Part shown: positions 20,079 to 30,579 of the stretch, piece after piece
Numbering within the stretch: the first letter of the stretch is position 1
How the letters are laid out: every line of letters starts with the position of its first letter
The notes under the pieces: generated by a model
Told to the model about the DNA's origin: nothing
Seen by the model: only the letters and a program-made list of their open reading frames with translations
Databases searched by the model: none
Position numbers and translations under genes: made by a program
Source of the DNA: Candidatus Saccharimonadota bacterium
GTDB lineage: Bacteria > Patescibacteriota > Saccharimonadia > Saccharimonadales > Saccharimonadaceae
DNA: 64,000 bases
NCBI GenBank assembly: GCA_017405225.1
Contig: JAFRAV010000010.1
Span: 1,862-65,861, forward strand
Direction: 5' to 3'

Positions 20079-20873
20079 TTATTGCCAGAGCGCAGTATAG
20101 GCTTTGGTAACTTTTTCTGGCTTGCCTTCGCAAGCAATTTTGCCTTCTTCTATCAAAATAGCACGGTCGCAGAATTTTAAAACATTTTCCATGGAGTGGG
20201 TAACTAGTATTACGGTTTGATTGCCGCGTAGGCTCTTAAAATAGTCATTGCATTTTTCTTGAAAGGCGGCATCACCTACGGCTAATACCTCATCTAGGAT
20301 TAGTATGTCGCCATGAGCACGAATTGCAATAGAAAAAGCTAGACGAACTTGCATACCAGATGAGTAGTTCTTGAGTTTTTGATCCATAAATTGCTCTAAT
20401 TCGGCGAATTTAACAATCTCTTCATACATTTTGTCCATCTCTGAGTTAGAAAAGCCAAGTAGCGCGCCGTTTAGATAGACATTTTCGCGACCGGTTAGCT
20501 CTGGGTTAAAGCCAACACCTAGCTCAATAAATGGAACAAGTGTGCCGTTGATTTTTACGCTACCGCTATCTGGGGTATAAATCTCTGATAGAAGTTTAAG
20601 CAAAGTAGATTTACCACTACCGTTGCGTCCAACTATACCAAGAAATTCGCCCTTCTTAACCTCAAATGAAATTCCACGCAATACTTCCTGTTGTTTGTAG
20701 CCCTTAACACCCTTAAGGCGATTAAATATAGCCTGCTTCAATCCCCATGCTCTCTCTGTAGGCAGTTTAAAACTCTTTTTAAGGTCGGTTACCTTGACGG
20801 CAATTTCGTCGTTAAGAGCTTCTTCCTTTGCGACGGTCTGCATTTTTTTGAGATAACGATCACTCCACTTCAT
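20079..20873 (-). CDS. wzt: Polysaccharide ABC exporter ATPase (short form, no C-terminal CBM)
   Basis: GRNGSGKST, YSSGMQVRLAF, LDEVLAVGD. Confidence 0.92.
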   Translation of the reverse strand: MKWSDRYLKKMQTVAKEEALNDEIAVKVTDLKKSFKLPTERAWGLKQAIFNRLKGVKGYKQQEVLRGISFEVKKGEFLGIVGRNGSGKSTLLKLLSEIYTPDSGSVKINGTLVPFIELGVGFNPELTGRENVYLNGALLGFSNSEMDKMYEEIVKFAELEQFMDQKLKNYSSGMQVRLAFSIAIRAHGDILILDEVLAVGDAAFQEKCNDYFKSLRGNQTVILVTHSMENVLKFCDRAILIEEGKIACEGKPEKVTKAYTALWQ

Positions 20874-21685
20874 TAGACCTCCTCTGCAAAATGCTTAGAT
20901 TTTTTCTTGAATACGAAGATAGAAATTGCTAATACTGCTACTACAATGCCAATAGACAGCCAGCCAAAGCCAATGCCAGCTGTGTCCCAAGTAGTAGCAG
21001 CCGCATCGGTAATGAGGTTTTCGCGAATATCTTGGATAGCTTGTGCTATAGGGTTTATTAAGATAACTTTTGCCGCCAACATAGATGAGGCGGAAACCAT
21101 AGAAACTGGATATATTACGGGAACTGCATAGAATAATGCTTGTGTGATAACTTCCCAGATAGAGCCAATGTCGCGATATTTAACATTGATAGCTCCAAGC
21201 CACAGAGAAATACCAAGAGCAAGGGCGTATAACTCTATTAAGGAAAGAGGGACGAATAGCCAAGACAATGATGGTGTAACTCCGTTAAGCAGTGCAAAAA
21301 TGATAACTACACAAATATTGATAAGAACATTGATTACAGCTGTGCTAGTAGCAGAAACTACCACAATATATTTTGGGAAATTGATTTTACGAAGTAAATC
21401 TCCGCGTTGTTCTATGGCATGGATACCTTGTTGAGTACATTCTACAAAGAAGTTCCAAATAACCGTGCCAACTAATAGATATACAGGGTAATGTGGGATG
21501 TTGCCACCAAAGCGAAGGATTTTAGCAAAAACAATATATAAGATAGCAAACATCAATAAAGGCTTTATCAAAGCCCAAAGATAGCCCAAGACTGAGCCTT
21601 GGTAACGCAATTTAAAATCGGTCTTTACTAGCTCTCCAAGTAATACACGATTTTTCTTGCTAAACATGTTAGAGTCTATACTCAT
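20873..21685 (-). CDS. wzm: Polysaccharide ABC exporter permease
   Basis: DFKLRYQGSVLGYLW, LRKINFP, KYRD, NPIAQAI; start set at the ATG 8 nt below TAGAAT. Confidence 0.92.
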   Translation of the reverse strand: MSIDSNMFSKKNRVLLGELVKTDFKLRYQGSVLGYLWALIKPLLMFAILYIVFAKILRFGGNIPHYPVYLLVGTVIWNFFVECTQQGIHAIEQRGDLLRKINFPKYIVVVSATSTAVINVLINICVVIIFALLNGVTPSLSWLFVPLSLIELYALALGISLWLGAINVKYRDIGSIWEVITQALFYAVPVIYPVSMVSASSMLAAKVILINPIAQAIQDIRENLITDAAATTWDTAGIGFGWLSIGIVVAVLAISIFVFKKKSKHFAEEV

Positions 21686-21745
21686 ATTCTTATATTCTAA
21701 CATAATTCACACCGAAATAATAGTTATTGTTATATAATTATATGT

Positions 21746-22729
21746 ATGGAAATGCCGCTAATATCTATTATCGTGCCGGTTTACAATGTGTTGCCATATT
21801 TGGAACAATGTTTTGATTCTTTAATTCATCAGAATTATCCCAATCTAGAGTTTATTATTATTGATGATGGTTCTACAGATGGCAGCGGAGTTTTTTGTGA
21901 CGAAAAAGCTAAAACCGATGCTAGGATTATTGTAATTCATCAAGAAAACAAAGGCTTGTCTGCAGCACGTAATCGTGGATTAGCTGAAGCAAAAGGAGAA
22001 TACATCACTTTTTTGGATTCTGATGATTGGTTAGAGTACGATGCGGTGCATTACTTATATTCGTTAATCAGTAAATATGAATGCAAAACTTCAATTTGTG
22101 CCATATCAGAGTTGACCACAAAAGGGAACGTCATAAATTACGGTGCGGAGTATGGAGAAAAAAATATGAGCACCGAGGAAGCTATGGGCAGAATGCTTAG
22201 AGAAGAAGGTTTCAACGTATCAGCCTATGCAAAGCTTTACAAAAAAGAATTATGGCAGGGAATTATCTTTCCAGAGGGTGCAGTACACGAGGATTTGGGC
22301 ACTACTTATAAATTAATTAAGAAATGTCCAAATGTTGCTTACGGTGGCGAACCGAAGTACCATTATCGCAAACGTCAAGGCTCTATATCTTCATCCGGCT
22401 TCTCAGAAAAAAAGTTTGATATTATAAAATATACTGATGAGATGTGTGATGATCTTGCCAAATATTTTCCATACTTAAAAAATACAATTGACCTTCGTCG
22501 TATGCACGCAAGGTTTTCTGTCTTGTGGATGATTATGAGCGCTAAAGTTACTTCTCCAGATATAGAAAAGCAGAAAAAATCAGTAGTAAAATACCTAAGA
22601 GACAATCATCAATTTGTAACAAAAAATCCGATAGCCAAAAAACGAGATAAAGTTGCTATTTATTTGACAATGATACATCCAGCGTTATATAAGATTGCTT
22701 GGTCTGTCTATTCTAAAATTAGGCCTTGA
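21746..22729 (+). CDS. Glycosyltransferase family 2
   Basis: IIVPVYNV, DDGSTD, GLSAARN, FLDSDD. Confidence 0.92.
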   Translation: MEMPLISIIVPVYNVLPYLEQCFDSLIHQNYPNLEFIIIDDGSTDGSGVFCDEKAKTDARIIVIHQENKGLSAARNRGLAEAKGEYITFLDSDDWLEYDAVHYLYSLISKYECKTSICAISELTTKGNVINYGAEYGEKNMSTEEAMGRMLREEGFNVSAYAKLYKKELWQGIIFPEGAVHEDLGTTYKLIKKCPNVAYGGEPKYHYRKRQGSISSSGFSEKKFDIIKYTDEMCDDLAKYFPYLKNTIDLRRMHARFSVLWMIMSAKVTSPDIEKQKKSVVKYLRDNHQFVTKNPIAKKRDKVAIYLTMIHPALYKIAWSVYSKIRP

Positions 22730-23732
22730 GGTGCTCTAGATAATTAATAGTATCACGCATTGCGTCGTCTATCGTAAGGGTAGCTTTCCATCCTAGCTCG
22801 CTGGCTGCGCGAGCAGGGTTGGCATATAGTTTTGGAAGATCGCCAGCTCTACGAGGAGCAATTTTGTATGGTAATTTTTTGCCGCTGGCCTTTTCAAAGG
22901 CGGATATCATCTCTAAGACTGATGTACCTTTGCCAGTGCCAAGGTTCCACTCCCTTGCACCACTTCGCAATGCGGCAAGTGCAGCCAGATGACCACGTGC
23001 AACATCCACAACGTGTATGTAATCACGAATACAGGTGCCATCAGGCGTAGGATAATCATCGCCATAAACTGAAAGTTCTGGATAGTCGCCGTGATCAACC
23101 TTCATAATGATAGGCATTAAATTATTTGGCCTGCCACTAAAATCCTCACCAATTAAGCCAGATGGATGTGCCCCAACTGGATTAAAATATCTAAGTAGTG
23201 CAATTTGGAAAGTAGAATCAGCCGCGGCAACATCTTTTAGAATTTCTTCTATCATATATTTGGTCTTGCCATAAGGGCTAGCAATACCTTGTCCAGTAGG
23301 TAAATCTTCAGTGCAAGCCCCATCGCCAGGGTTGCCATAGACAGTAGCAGAAGAGGAAAATATTAACTGTTTGACATTATATTCTGCCATGCAATCAAGC
23401 AAATTTAGAGTACTAACTAAGTTGTTATTGTAATACTTTAGGGGCTGTTCTACACTTTCGCCGACAGCTTTTAGGCCCGCAAAATGTATTACAGCATCAA
23501 ATCTATTAGTTTTCTCTGAATCCTTGAAAATTTTCTTGAGGTCAGTTTTGTTGCATAAATCTATTTCATAAAAAACCGGGCGAATGCCTGTGATTTTTTC
23601 AATTGCATCAAGAGCGGTTTTACTACTATTGCAGAGGTTATCAATAATTTCTACCTCGTGTCCTGCATTGAGTAGCTCTATTACTGTATGTGAGCCAATA
23701 TAACCTGTACCACCAGTAACTAATATCTTCAT
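22719..23732 (-). CDS. galE: UDP-glucose 4-epimerase
   Basis: TGGTGYIGSHT, HFAGLKAVGES, FSSSATVYG, LRYFNPVGAH, RDYIHV. Confidence 0.96.
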   Translation of the reverse strand: MKILVTGGTGYIGSHTVIELLNAGHEVEIIDNLCNSSKTALDAIEKITGIRPVFYEIDLCNKTDLKKIFKDSEKTNRFDAVIHFAGLKAVGESVEQPLKYYNNNLVSTLNLLDCMAEYNVKQLIFSSSATVYGNPGDGACTEDLPTGQGIASPYGKTKYMIEEILKDVAAADSTFQIALLRYFNPVGAHPSGLIGEDFSGRPNNLMPIIMKVDHGDYPELSVYGDDYPTPDGTCIRDYIHVVDVARGHLAALAALRSGAREWNLGTGKGTSVLEMISAFEKASGKKLPYKIAPRRAGDLPKLYANPARAASELGWKATLTIDDAMRDTINYLEHLKA

Positions 23733-23786
23733 TTTATCCCTTTCGTCACGTTTATATTATTATACAACATATGGTATAATATAGGT

Positions 23787-25211
23787 ATGAAAAAAGACCC
23801 TGGTCTAGTGTATCGTGTGATTCTGATGGTGGGTGATATTGTTGCTATTGTGGCATCTTTTCTACTTGCATATCTCTTCCGTATTTACATTGATCAAAAG
23901 CCATACTTTTTTGAGGTAGAAACAGGTGCATTTATCACTACTATTTGTTTTTTGTTGCCGATTTGGATACTACTAATGTTACTCTTAGGACTTTACAACA
24001 AGACAATAATTCTCAATCGTTCGCGTTTGCCAGAAACCCTCAGATTGTTGGTGGCATCAATATTAGGCATTATGGCTTTGATATCTTATGATTTCTTTAC
24101 TGAGGAACATATTTTCCCAACTAGATTAGTTGCAGTATATGCTATGGTTCTTTGTTTTGTAGCTCTTTTGATTGTCAGGTTTGTCATTCGTCATGCTAGA
24201 GCAGCCATTATCAGGCGCAACCGTGGTACTTTACGTGCTATTGTGATAGGCAACAACATCAACACTAGCAGATTATTAGAACACATTGCAAATTTTCCGG
24301 AAGATGGTTTTAGTCTAGCTGCAGTAGTGGCCAATAAAAAGTATATCCCTACAGAATTCCAAGGAAAACGATTCACCTCGCTCAAAGAGGCACTCAAATG
24401 GACCAAGGCAGATGTAATTTTCCAAACTGATGAACAGGGAACGGAAAAGGTCTATGGCGAGTCAATCACTCACCACTTACTGTATTATTTTGTACCATCA
24501 GAAACTGCACTTTCGTCACATATAGGTGAGTTAGAATTGATTGGTGATACGCCAGCTATTTTTGTTAAGGTTACACCACTTATTGGCGTGGCTAGATTTG
24601 TCAAACGAGCTATGGACATTGTTCTTGGCTCGCTCATCCTAATTGTAGCCCTAATACCGATGGCAGTTATCTGGCTTATCGTAAAATTATCCGATATTCA
24701 TCACTCCGCAATCTATTCAGAATATCGCCTGTCTCGTTACAATAAAAGAGTCAAAATTTATAAGTTTCGTTCTATGAAGCCAGAATATTCTGGTATGACG
24801 CCAGAGGAGGCTTTCACTAAAATGGGCAAACCAGAGTTAATCGCAAAATACCGTAAAAATGGCGATGCTTTGCCAAATGATCCACGTATCACGCATATTG
24901 GCGCATTGCTCAGAGCTACGTCTTTAGACGAGCTTCCACAATTGTTTAATGTAGTAAAAGGCGACATCTCACTAGTTGGGCCACGCGCACTAGTTCCAGG
25001 CGAGTTAAAGGACTATGGAGATCGGTCACTACTACTATCAGTTAAATCTGGCCTTACTGGCTTGGCACAAGTATCAGGAAGGCGTGATATTTCTTTTGAA
25101 GAGAGAAGAGCACTAGATTTATATTATATTCAAAATTGGTCGTTGTGGATGGACGTCAGTATTTTATTTAGAACAATCGGCGCAGTATTTACTGGTAAAG
25201 GTGCTAAATAA
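23787..25211 (+). CDS. Undecaprenyl-phosphate glycophosphotransferase (WbaP/WcaJ/WsaP family)
   Basis: N-terminal TMs; KRAMDI, KFRSM, LDELPQLFNV, GLTGLAQV, DLYYIQNWS. Confidence 0.93.
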   Translation: MKKDPGLVYRVILMVGDIVAIVASFLLAYLFRIYIDQKPYFFEVETGAFITTICFLLPIWILLMLLLGLYNKTIILNRSRLPETLRLLVASILGIMALISYDFFTEEHIFPTRLVAVYAMVLCFVALLIVRFVIRHARAAIIRRNRGTLRAIVIGNNINTSRLLEHIANFPEDGFSLAAVVANKKYIPTEFQGKRFTSLKEALKWTKADVIFQTDEQGTEKVYGESITHHLLYYFVPSETALSSHIGELELIGDTPAIFVKVTPLIGVARFVKRAMDIVLGSLILIVALIPMAVIWLIVKLSDIHHSAIYSEYRLSRYNKRVKIYKFRSMKPEYSGMTPEEAFTKMGKPELIAKYRKNGDALPNDPRITHIGALLRATSLDELPQLFNVVKGDISLVGPRALVPGELKDYGDRSLLLSVKSGLTGLAQVSGRRDISFEERRALDLYYIQNWSLWMDVSILFRTIGAVFTGKGAK

Positions 25212-26351
25212 ATGAAAAAAATCGCTTTGGTATGCGATTGGTTGACTACTGTAGGTGGGGCAGAGTCTGTATTGCTTGCGCTCCATAAAATGTATCCAGA
25301 AGCGCCAATTTATACATCTAAATACAATAAAAAGGGAATAGATTGGTTTAATGATGCAGATGTTAGGACTGGTTGGCTACAGGTTTTCCCAAATTGTTTG
25401 AGGCGATTTATTAGTCCACTTAGGCAATATTATTTTTCTCATTTAGACCTTACAAATTATGACTTAGTTATATCTGTTACGGGCGCAGAGGCCAAATCCA
25501 TAAAAGCTAGTAAGCACATCTGTTATTGTCATGTGCCAACCCAGTATTATTGGGGTATGTATGACGATTATATTAATAATCCAGGATTTGGTATTCTTAA
25601 TCCAATTGCTCGCTTGGGTCTAAAGCTATTTGTCAAGCCACTACGTAAAAAAGATTACGCGGCGGCACAAAAACCGGACGTTTTTGTTACAATCTCATCT
25701 TATGCAAAAGAACAAATTAAGAAATATTATAATAGGGAAGCAGAAGTAATTTTTCCGCCAGTAGATATAGATAAGTTCTCCACAACATTGAAAAAGTTTT
25801 CCACAAGCAGGGAAATAAAATCCCAAAAAAGTCAAGCTTCAGAAAAGCATAATTATATCACAACATCGCGACAAGTCAACTGGAAAAGGCTGGATTTGTG
25901 CGTAAAAGCGGCCCTCAAAACAGGGGTAAATCTAACTATAATTGGTAATGGCCCAGAACACAAGAATTTGATTAAAATGTCAAATGGTTCAAAGCAAATA
26001 AAATTTTTGCCAACAATGTCGCAGGATGAATTACGCAAATACTTAGCAGATGCAGACGGCTTTCTCTTTCCAAGCTTAGAGCCATTTGGTCTTGCTCCTA
26101 TTGAGGCGATGGCTTGCGGAACTCCAGTTATAGCATATGCCAAAGGAGGTGCGTTGGATTATATTAAACCAGGTGTTAATGGCGAGTTTTTTGAAAAGCA
26201 AACTGTTAATTCTCTGGCCGCAGCTATAGAGAGTTTTGAGCCAAATAAATATAATTCAAATGTTGTAAAAAATACAACATTAGATTTTGATAAGAAGTAT
26301 TTTTGTCAAAAAATGCAACATTTAGTGGAGAGGGAGCTAAAAAATGAATAA
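25212..26351 (+). CDS. Glycosyltransferase family 4
   Basis: DWLTTVGGAE, EPFGLAPIEAMACG. Confidence 0.9.
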   Translation: MKKIALVCDWLTTVGGAESVLLALHKMYPEAPIYTSKYNKKGIDWFNDADVRTGWLQVFPNCLRRFISPLRQYYFSHLDLTNYDLVISVTGAEAKSIKASKHICYCHVPTQYYWGMYDDYINNPGFGILNPIARLGLKLFVKPLRKKDYAAAQKPDVFVTISSYAKEQIKKYYNREAEVIFPPVDIDKFSTTLKKFSTSREIKSQKSQASEKHNYITTSRQVNWKRLDLCVKAALKTGVNLTIIGNGPEHKNLIKMSNGSKQIKFLPTMSQDELRKYLADADGFLFPSLEPFGLAPIEAMACGTPVIAYAKGGALDYIKPGVNGEFFEKQTVNSLAAAIESFEPNKYNSNVVKNTTLDFDKKYFCQKMQHLVERELKNE

Positions 26352-27765
26352 AAAAATTACAGACAGAGTTAGTAACGTTCTACTAATTCTCTTACCTATA
26401 TCGTTGTTCTTCTCCTATCATCCAGTTATCACTATTGGTACTAATAGTACTATGAATCTAGAGTTATCATTGCCAGAAATCTGGCTAATTCTCTTTTCCC
26501 TTGTCAGTGTCCCACGCATTAACGCGTTGTTTAAATTCTATCGCAAGAAAAAATTATTTTTAGCATCAATAGTTCCCCTTTATTTGTCCGCAAGTATTAT
26601 CTGGTCTCAGAACCGTTTGCGTACATTGCTGACGGCTGGCCTTCTCTGGCTTATAGTCTTTGCAGTGTTAAACCTTATTTTTAGGTTTAAGATGGCAAAA
26701 CTAGAGAAAAAGCCACCTTTTGGTGGAATATTTAGAATTGTGATTTTCTCCTTGCTAGTGTCTGCTGTGGTAATGTCTATTTACTGCTGGGTTCAGTGTG
26801 TTTTGGATGTTGCAGGAGTTCTTAGAGATGCTACTCTGCTCTGTCGTGGGTGCGTGTCAACAGCTTTTGGTTTTCCGCATCCAAATGGTTTTGCTATAGA
26901 GCCACAATTTATGGGCAATCTATTGATAGCCCCTGTTCTTCTCTGCTATTACTACTTATGTTGTTTTGATAAGCAGAATATTTTTACGAGAAAATCATCT
27001 TTAATAACGGTTACTATGATACTAAGTGCTACCCTGTTTCTAACGTTTTCTAGGGGTGCAATTTATGCATTAGTATTAGGCTTTGTCCTAGAGATGATTA
27101 TGCTCAAAAAATCAAAACTTTCCAAGACTATAAATGTCGGTATAGTAAAATCACTCAGCTTGATAGTGGTAGCATTTATGGTATCATTGGTTGCACAAGG
27201 TATGTTTGCGGCACTAGGTCCAACTAATGACGACTTCTTCTCTGGTATATCAAAATCCATCCATCAGTTGACCTTGGGCAAAATAGATCTAAGAGACAAT
27301 AGTCAAGCACCAGCCGAACAACTTTCCACAGAAACCGAACAGACCGAACAGAGTTTTCCACAAAAACAATCGGATTTTTCTGGATACGTTGCAGAATCTA
27401 CAAATCGCCGTCTGGATCTTAATAAGTATGCTTTTGAAACCTGGAAGTCTAATCCACAGTATTTATGGATAGGGGCCGGACTTGGCTCGGCTGGTAAGGC
27501 GATGAATCAGCTGTTCCCAGACAAAGTAGGCGTCAAAGAAATAGTCCAAAACGAGTACTATAGCCTACTATTAGAAACTGGTTTAGTGGGGAGTGGTTTA
27601 ATATTGCTCGTTGCCGTAATTACCATTAAATCGCTAAAAAAATCAAAAACATCACCACTGTTTGCTAGTGTAATCTTTAGCTATCTTTTGACTTTGATGT
27701 TCTTCTCTGGCTTGCCTAATGCTCTGCAGATTTATCTTTTGCCTGTGCTGATTTTCTTTGTGTAA
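26344..27765 (+). CDS. O-antigen ligase (WaaL/Wzy_C)-like membrane protein
   Basis: Many TMs; EPQFMGN, LTFSRGA, GAGLG, NEYYSLLLETG. Confidence 0.75.
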   Translation: MNKKITDRVSNVLLILLPISLFFSYHPVITIGTNSTMNLELSLPEIWLILFSLVSVPRINALFKFYRKKKLFLASIVPLYLSASIIWSQNRLRTLLTAGLLWLIVFAVLNLIFRFKMAKLEKKPPFGGIFRIVIFSLLVSAVVMSIYCWVQCVLDVAGVLRDATLLCRGCVSTAFGFPHPNGFAIEPQFMGNLLIAPVLLCYYYLCCFDKQNIFTRKSSLITVTMILSATLFLTFSRGAIYALVLGFVLEMIMLKKSKLSKTINVGIVKSLSLIVVAFMVSLVAQGMFAALGPTNDDFFSGISKSIHQLTLGKIDLRDNSQAPAEQLSTETEQTEQSFPQKQSDFSGYVAESTNRRLDLNKYAFETWKSNPQYLWIGAGLGSAGKAMNQLFPDKVGVKEIVQNEYYSLLLETGLVGSGLILLVAVITIKSLKKSKTSPLFASVIFSYLLTLMFFSGLPNALQIYLLPVLIFFV

Positions 27766-28243
27766 CTATTTCTTTAGTTTTGTTAGGTTTTCCAAAGATA
27801 AAATTATCATAAAAGAAGTAATTGACAGTCATGGTGACAATGTTCATAAGTATAAATATCGCTGTACTCTGAACAAATTCAAATGATAATGGTAAATTGA
27901 TGCCAGATGTAATCATAAAGCCAAATTCGTATAAACCTGTAAGAAGCGCAAAGAACCATGACAAGAACGAGCGCATCAAAAGAAGTACCACTAGATTCCA
28001 AATAAAGAACTTAATAATGCCATATTTTCCAGGATCGCGGCCTTTCCAAGTAATATTACTATGGAGTATAAATGCTACAAATGTAGCTACTACAAGGGAT
28101 ATTAATTGAGATACAACTATGTAATCGTTATTATTGCCAAATAGCACTAAAAGGCATAGTTCGTAAACGCCATAATCTACAGCGGCAGCAGTAAGTCCAA
28201 CTCCGATAAATTTTAGTATTTTATTTTTGACATCTTTAGCCAT
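27716..28243 (-). CDS. GtrA-family flippase-like protein
   Basis: KFIGVGLTAAAVDY, four TMs, VNYFFYDNFIF. Confidence 0.75.
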   Translation of the reverse strand: MAKDVKNKILKFIGVGLTAAAVDYGVYELCLLVLFGNNNDYIVVSQLISLVVATFVAFILHSNITWKGRDPGKYGIIKFFIWNLVVLLLMRSFLSWFFALLTGLYEFGFMITSGINLPLSFEFVQSTAIFILMNIVTMTVNYFFYDNFIFGKPNKTKEIVTQRKSAQAKDKSAEH

Positions 28244-29564
28244 TAAAAACCTTTCTATACCAACTGTCGGCTGGGCCAGCAGTCATAAGTAATATTAAAT
28301 ATCCATCATCGCGCAGTTTGCGCAATATTTTTGCAAGCTCATCATCTAGTTTAGCTGGTTTAGCAATTTCTTGATTAGACAAGGTACTGATAAAATCTTC
28401 TGGCTTAAGAACGGCTAACGAAGGGTCTTCCCTAGTCAAATAAGTAGGTAGCCAAAAAATCATGCTTGCGCCAGAAAAAGCATCTTTATAACCGTCTATT
28501 ACGTCATGCTGTCTAGTGTTTTGGTGTGGCTCATAGATTGCAACTACTCCCTTGTAGTGGTTAATCTTTGCATCTTCTTTTGCCATTTCTATAGTTGCAG
28601 CTATTTCTTCTGGATGGTGTCCATAATCGGTATATACACCGTCTGTAATGCGTTCGTAACGGCGGCCAACCCCAGGGAATTTATCTAATATTTTTGTAAT
28701 TAGAGCTTCATCTACAGTTTGGCCCTTGTAGGATTCTATATCTAAGCCAGTAATAAGATTCTCTGCTGCTACTGACAAATCAGCTTCTTCTGCCATCTCA
28801 AAAATTGCTTGCATAGCAAGACCTGCGTCGTATCGGCGAGCTTTGCCCGGTAAACTAAACTTGTCAGAAAAATTATAAGTTTCATTGTTTACTACAGCCT
28901 CTCCCTCTATACCACTTCCTCGTATTACTTGATCACTTTGGCTTTCAAATTTCATAAAAGCTCTAAGATAATCTAGTTTTGTCTTATAAATATCTGGGTG
29001 ATCGTAAGATATGGTAGTAATGATAGATAACCAAGGATGGAAATGTAAAAAATTTCTATCGTACTCATCTGCTTCGTAAATTAAGAATTTAGAATTTGGG
29101 TTATAATGTCCTGCCTCTGCAAAAGGAAGCGTTGTGCCAACAAGATAAGAAATTGGCAAGCCAAGGTTTAATGCTGCCCAAATAATCATAGATGTAGTTG
29201 TGGTTTTGCCATGTGTTCCGGCAATTGCAACCATTTTTAAATCTTGTTTTTCTACTAAGTAGGCAATTAGCTCATCCCTTTTAGAGATGCGAATACCTAG
29301 TTTTTTTGCAAGCAGTAACTCTGGGTGGTTATCTGGCAGGGCTGATGTATATACAAACCAATCAACATTTCCATCGTTATACTGTTTTTGTAAAAAAGAG
29401 CCGTCTTGTTTACCAATGGAAAAAACAATTTTTTTGGCACGTAATTCTCCCGATACTGCGCCTTCAGAAAGGTCAGAGCCACATACACCAAGCCCAGCAT
29501 CTTTGGCCATAATAGCAAGAGGGCCAAGACCAGTACCAGAAATACCAGAAATATATATATTCAT
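28236..29564 (-). CDS. murC: UDP-N-acetylmuramate--L-alanine ligase
   Basis: GISGTG, GSD, AGTHGKTTTT, EADEYD, DYGHHPEEI, EPHQ. Confidence 0.9.
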   Translation of the reverse strand: MNIYISGISGTGLGPLAIMAKDAGLGVCGSDLSEGAVSGELRAKKIVFSIGKQDGSFLQKQYNDGNVDWFVYTSALPDNHPELLLAKKLGIRISKRDELIAYLVEKQDLKMVAIAGTHGKTTTTSMIIWAALNLGLPISYLVGTTLPFAEAGHYNPNSKFLIYEADEYDRNFLHFHPWLSIITTISYDHPDIYKTKLDYLRAFMKFESQSDQVIRGSGIEGEAVVNNETYNFSDKFSLPGKARRYDAGLAMQAIFEMAEEADLSVAAENLITGLDIESYKGQTVDEALITKILDKFPGVGRRYERITDGVYTDYGHHPEEIAATIEMAKEDAKINHYKGVVAIYEPHQNTRQHDVIDGYKDAFSGASMIFWLPTYLTREDPSLAVLKPEDFISTLSNQEIAKPAKLDDELAKILRKLRDDGYLILLMTAGPADSWYRKVFNG

Positions 29565-29586
29565 ATGCTATAATTATATCAAGTTT

Positions 29587-30288
29587 ATGGGTGGCATCAA
29601 AAAAATCAATATAAAAAGGACACTCAGGAAGCTCAAGCGAGTCAAGACTTGGCAACTGATTTTGATTTTGATTCCACTGTTGTTTATAGAGGCTACCATT
29701 ATGAGATTTGACCATATTCAGATGACAGAACTCAAGAAAGATGTAATTGTAGCAGATGAGGAGGGTGATGACGAGAAAATTTATAATTCCCTCCAGAAAC
29801 TAAAGCAATATGTATTTTCTCATACGGTGATAAATGTAGTAGAAAAAAATGGAGTGCAAAACATCTCTTTTGGTAGTGGACCAATCTATCTGGAACATCA
29901 ATATCAAAGAAAAGCCTCAGAAGCTTTGGCTGCAGCTGAAGCCCAAGCAGGAACGGATGAAAACCCAAATGGCAACGTTTTTGCAGCGGCAATGGGTGTC
30001 TGTAAACCGCTTGCTATCCAAAATGGTTGGGCATGGAATAGCCAAGGCTATCTTGATTGTATGACCGGCGAAATTGCTAAATATCCAACCACGGAGACCC
30101 TCCAAGACACTTATGTAGCAAATTTGCCATCTACGGCATTATTTAGATATGATTTCTCCTCACCAATTTGGACGCCTACCTTGTCTGGCTTTGTAATGAT
30201 ACTTTGCGCTATTGTAATAATTGCAATTATTTTTAGGGCTTTACTCTGGTGTGTTCTCCGTTTAGCACTAGTTTTTTTAAGAAATTAG
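29587..30288 (+). CDS. Hypothetical two-TM membrane protein
   Basis: Long ORF with N- and C-terminal TMs; ATG at 29587 below TGCTATAAT. Confidence 0.7.
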   Translation: MGGIKKINIKRTLRKLKRVKTWQLILILIPLLFIEATIMRFDHIQMTELKKDVIVADEEGDDEKIYNSLQKLKQYVFSHTVINVVEKNGVQNISFGSGPIYLEHQYQRKASEALAAAEAQAGTDENPNGNVFAAAMGVCKPLAIQNGWAWNSQGYLDCMTGEIAKYPTTETLQDTYVANLPSTALFRYDFSSPIWTPTLSGFVMILCAIVIIAIIFRALLWCVLRLALVFLRN

Positions 30289-30298
30289 AAAAAACCTC

Positions 30299-30349
30299 TT
30301 GACATCTTAGATTAGAGGTCATAAGATAAGAATATATCAATTAAGGAGG
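30299..30349 (+). promoter_or_regulatory. Sigma70-type promoter and SD for the 68-aa protein
   Basis: TTGACA 30299-30304, 17-nt spacer, TAAGAT 30322-30327; AAGGAGG 30343-30349. Confidence 0.7.
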
Positions 30350-30353
30350 AATT

Positions 30354-30560
30354 ATGGCCTATCAACATACCAACAGCAAAGGAATTACCTACTACCTACG
30401 TCAGTCAGAAGTCACTCTTCGTGGTGGCAAGAAGCAGACTATTTACTTCTTCACTAAGACTGAGAACGGTGGCAAAGGTACACCTGTTGATCTTCCTGCA
30501 GATCGTGTTGTCAATGAGAATCCACGCAACGGTTTCTTGACTCTTTCTAAGAAGAAATAG
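30354..30560 (+). CDS. Small basic hypothetical protein
   Basis: 68-aa ORF with strong promoter, strong SD and terminator. Confidence 0.8.
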   Translation: MAYQHTNSKGITYYLRQSEVTLRGGKKQTIYFFTKTENGGKGTPVDLPADRVVNENPRNGFLTLSKKK

Positions 30561-30579
30561 TCATTTAGATAGACATATT

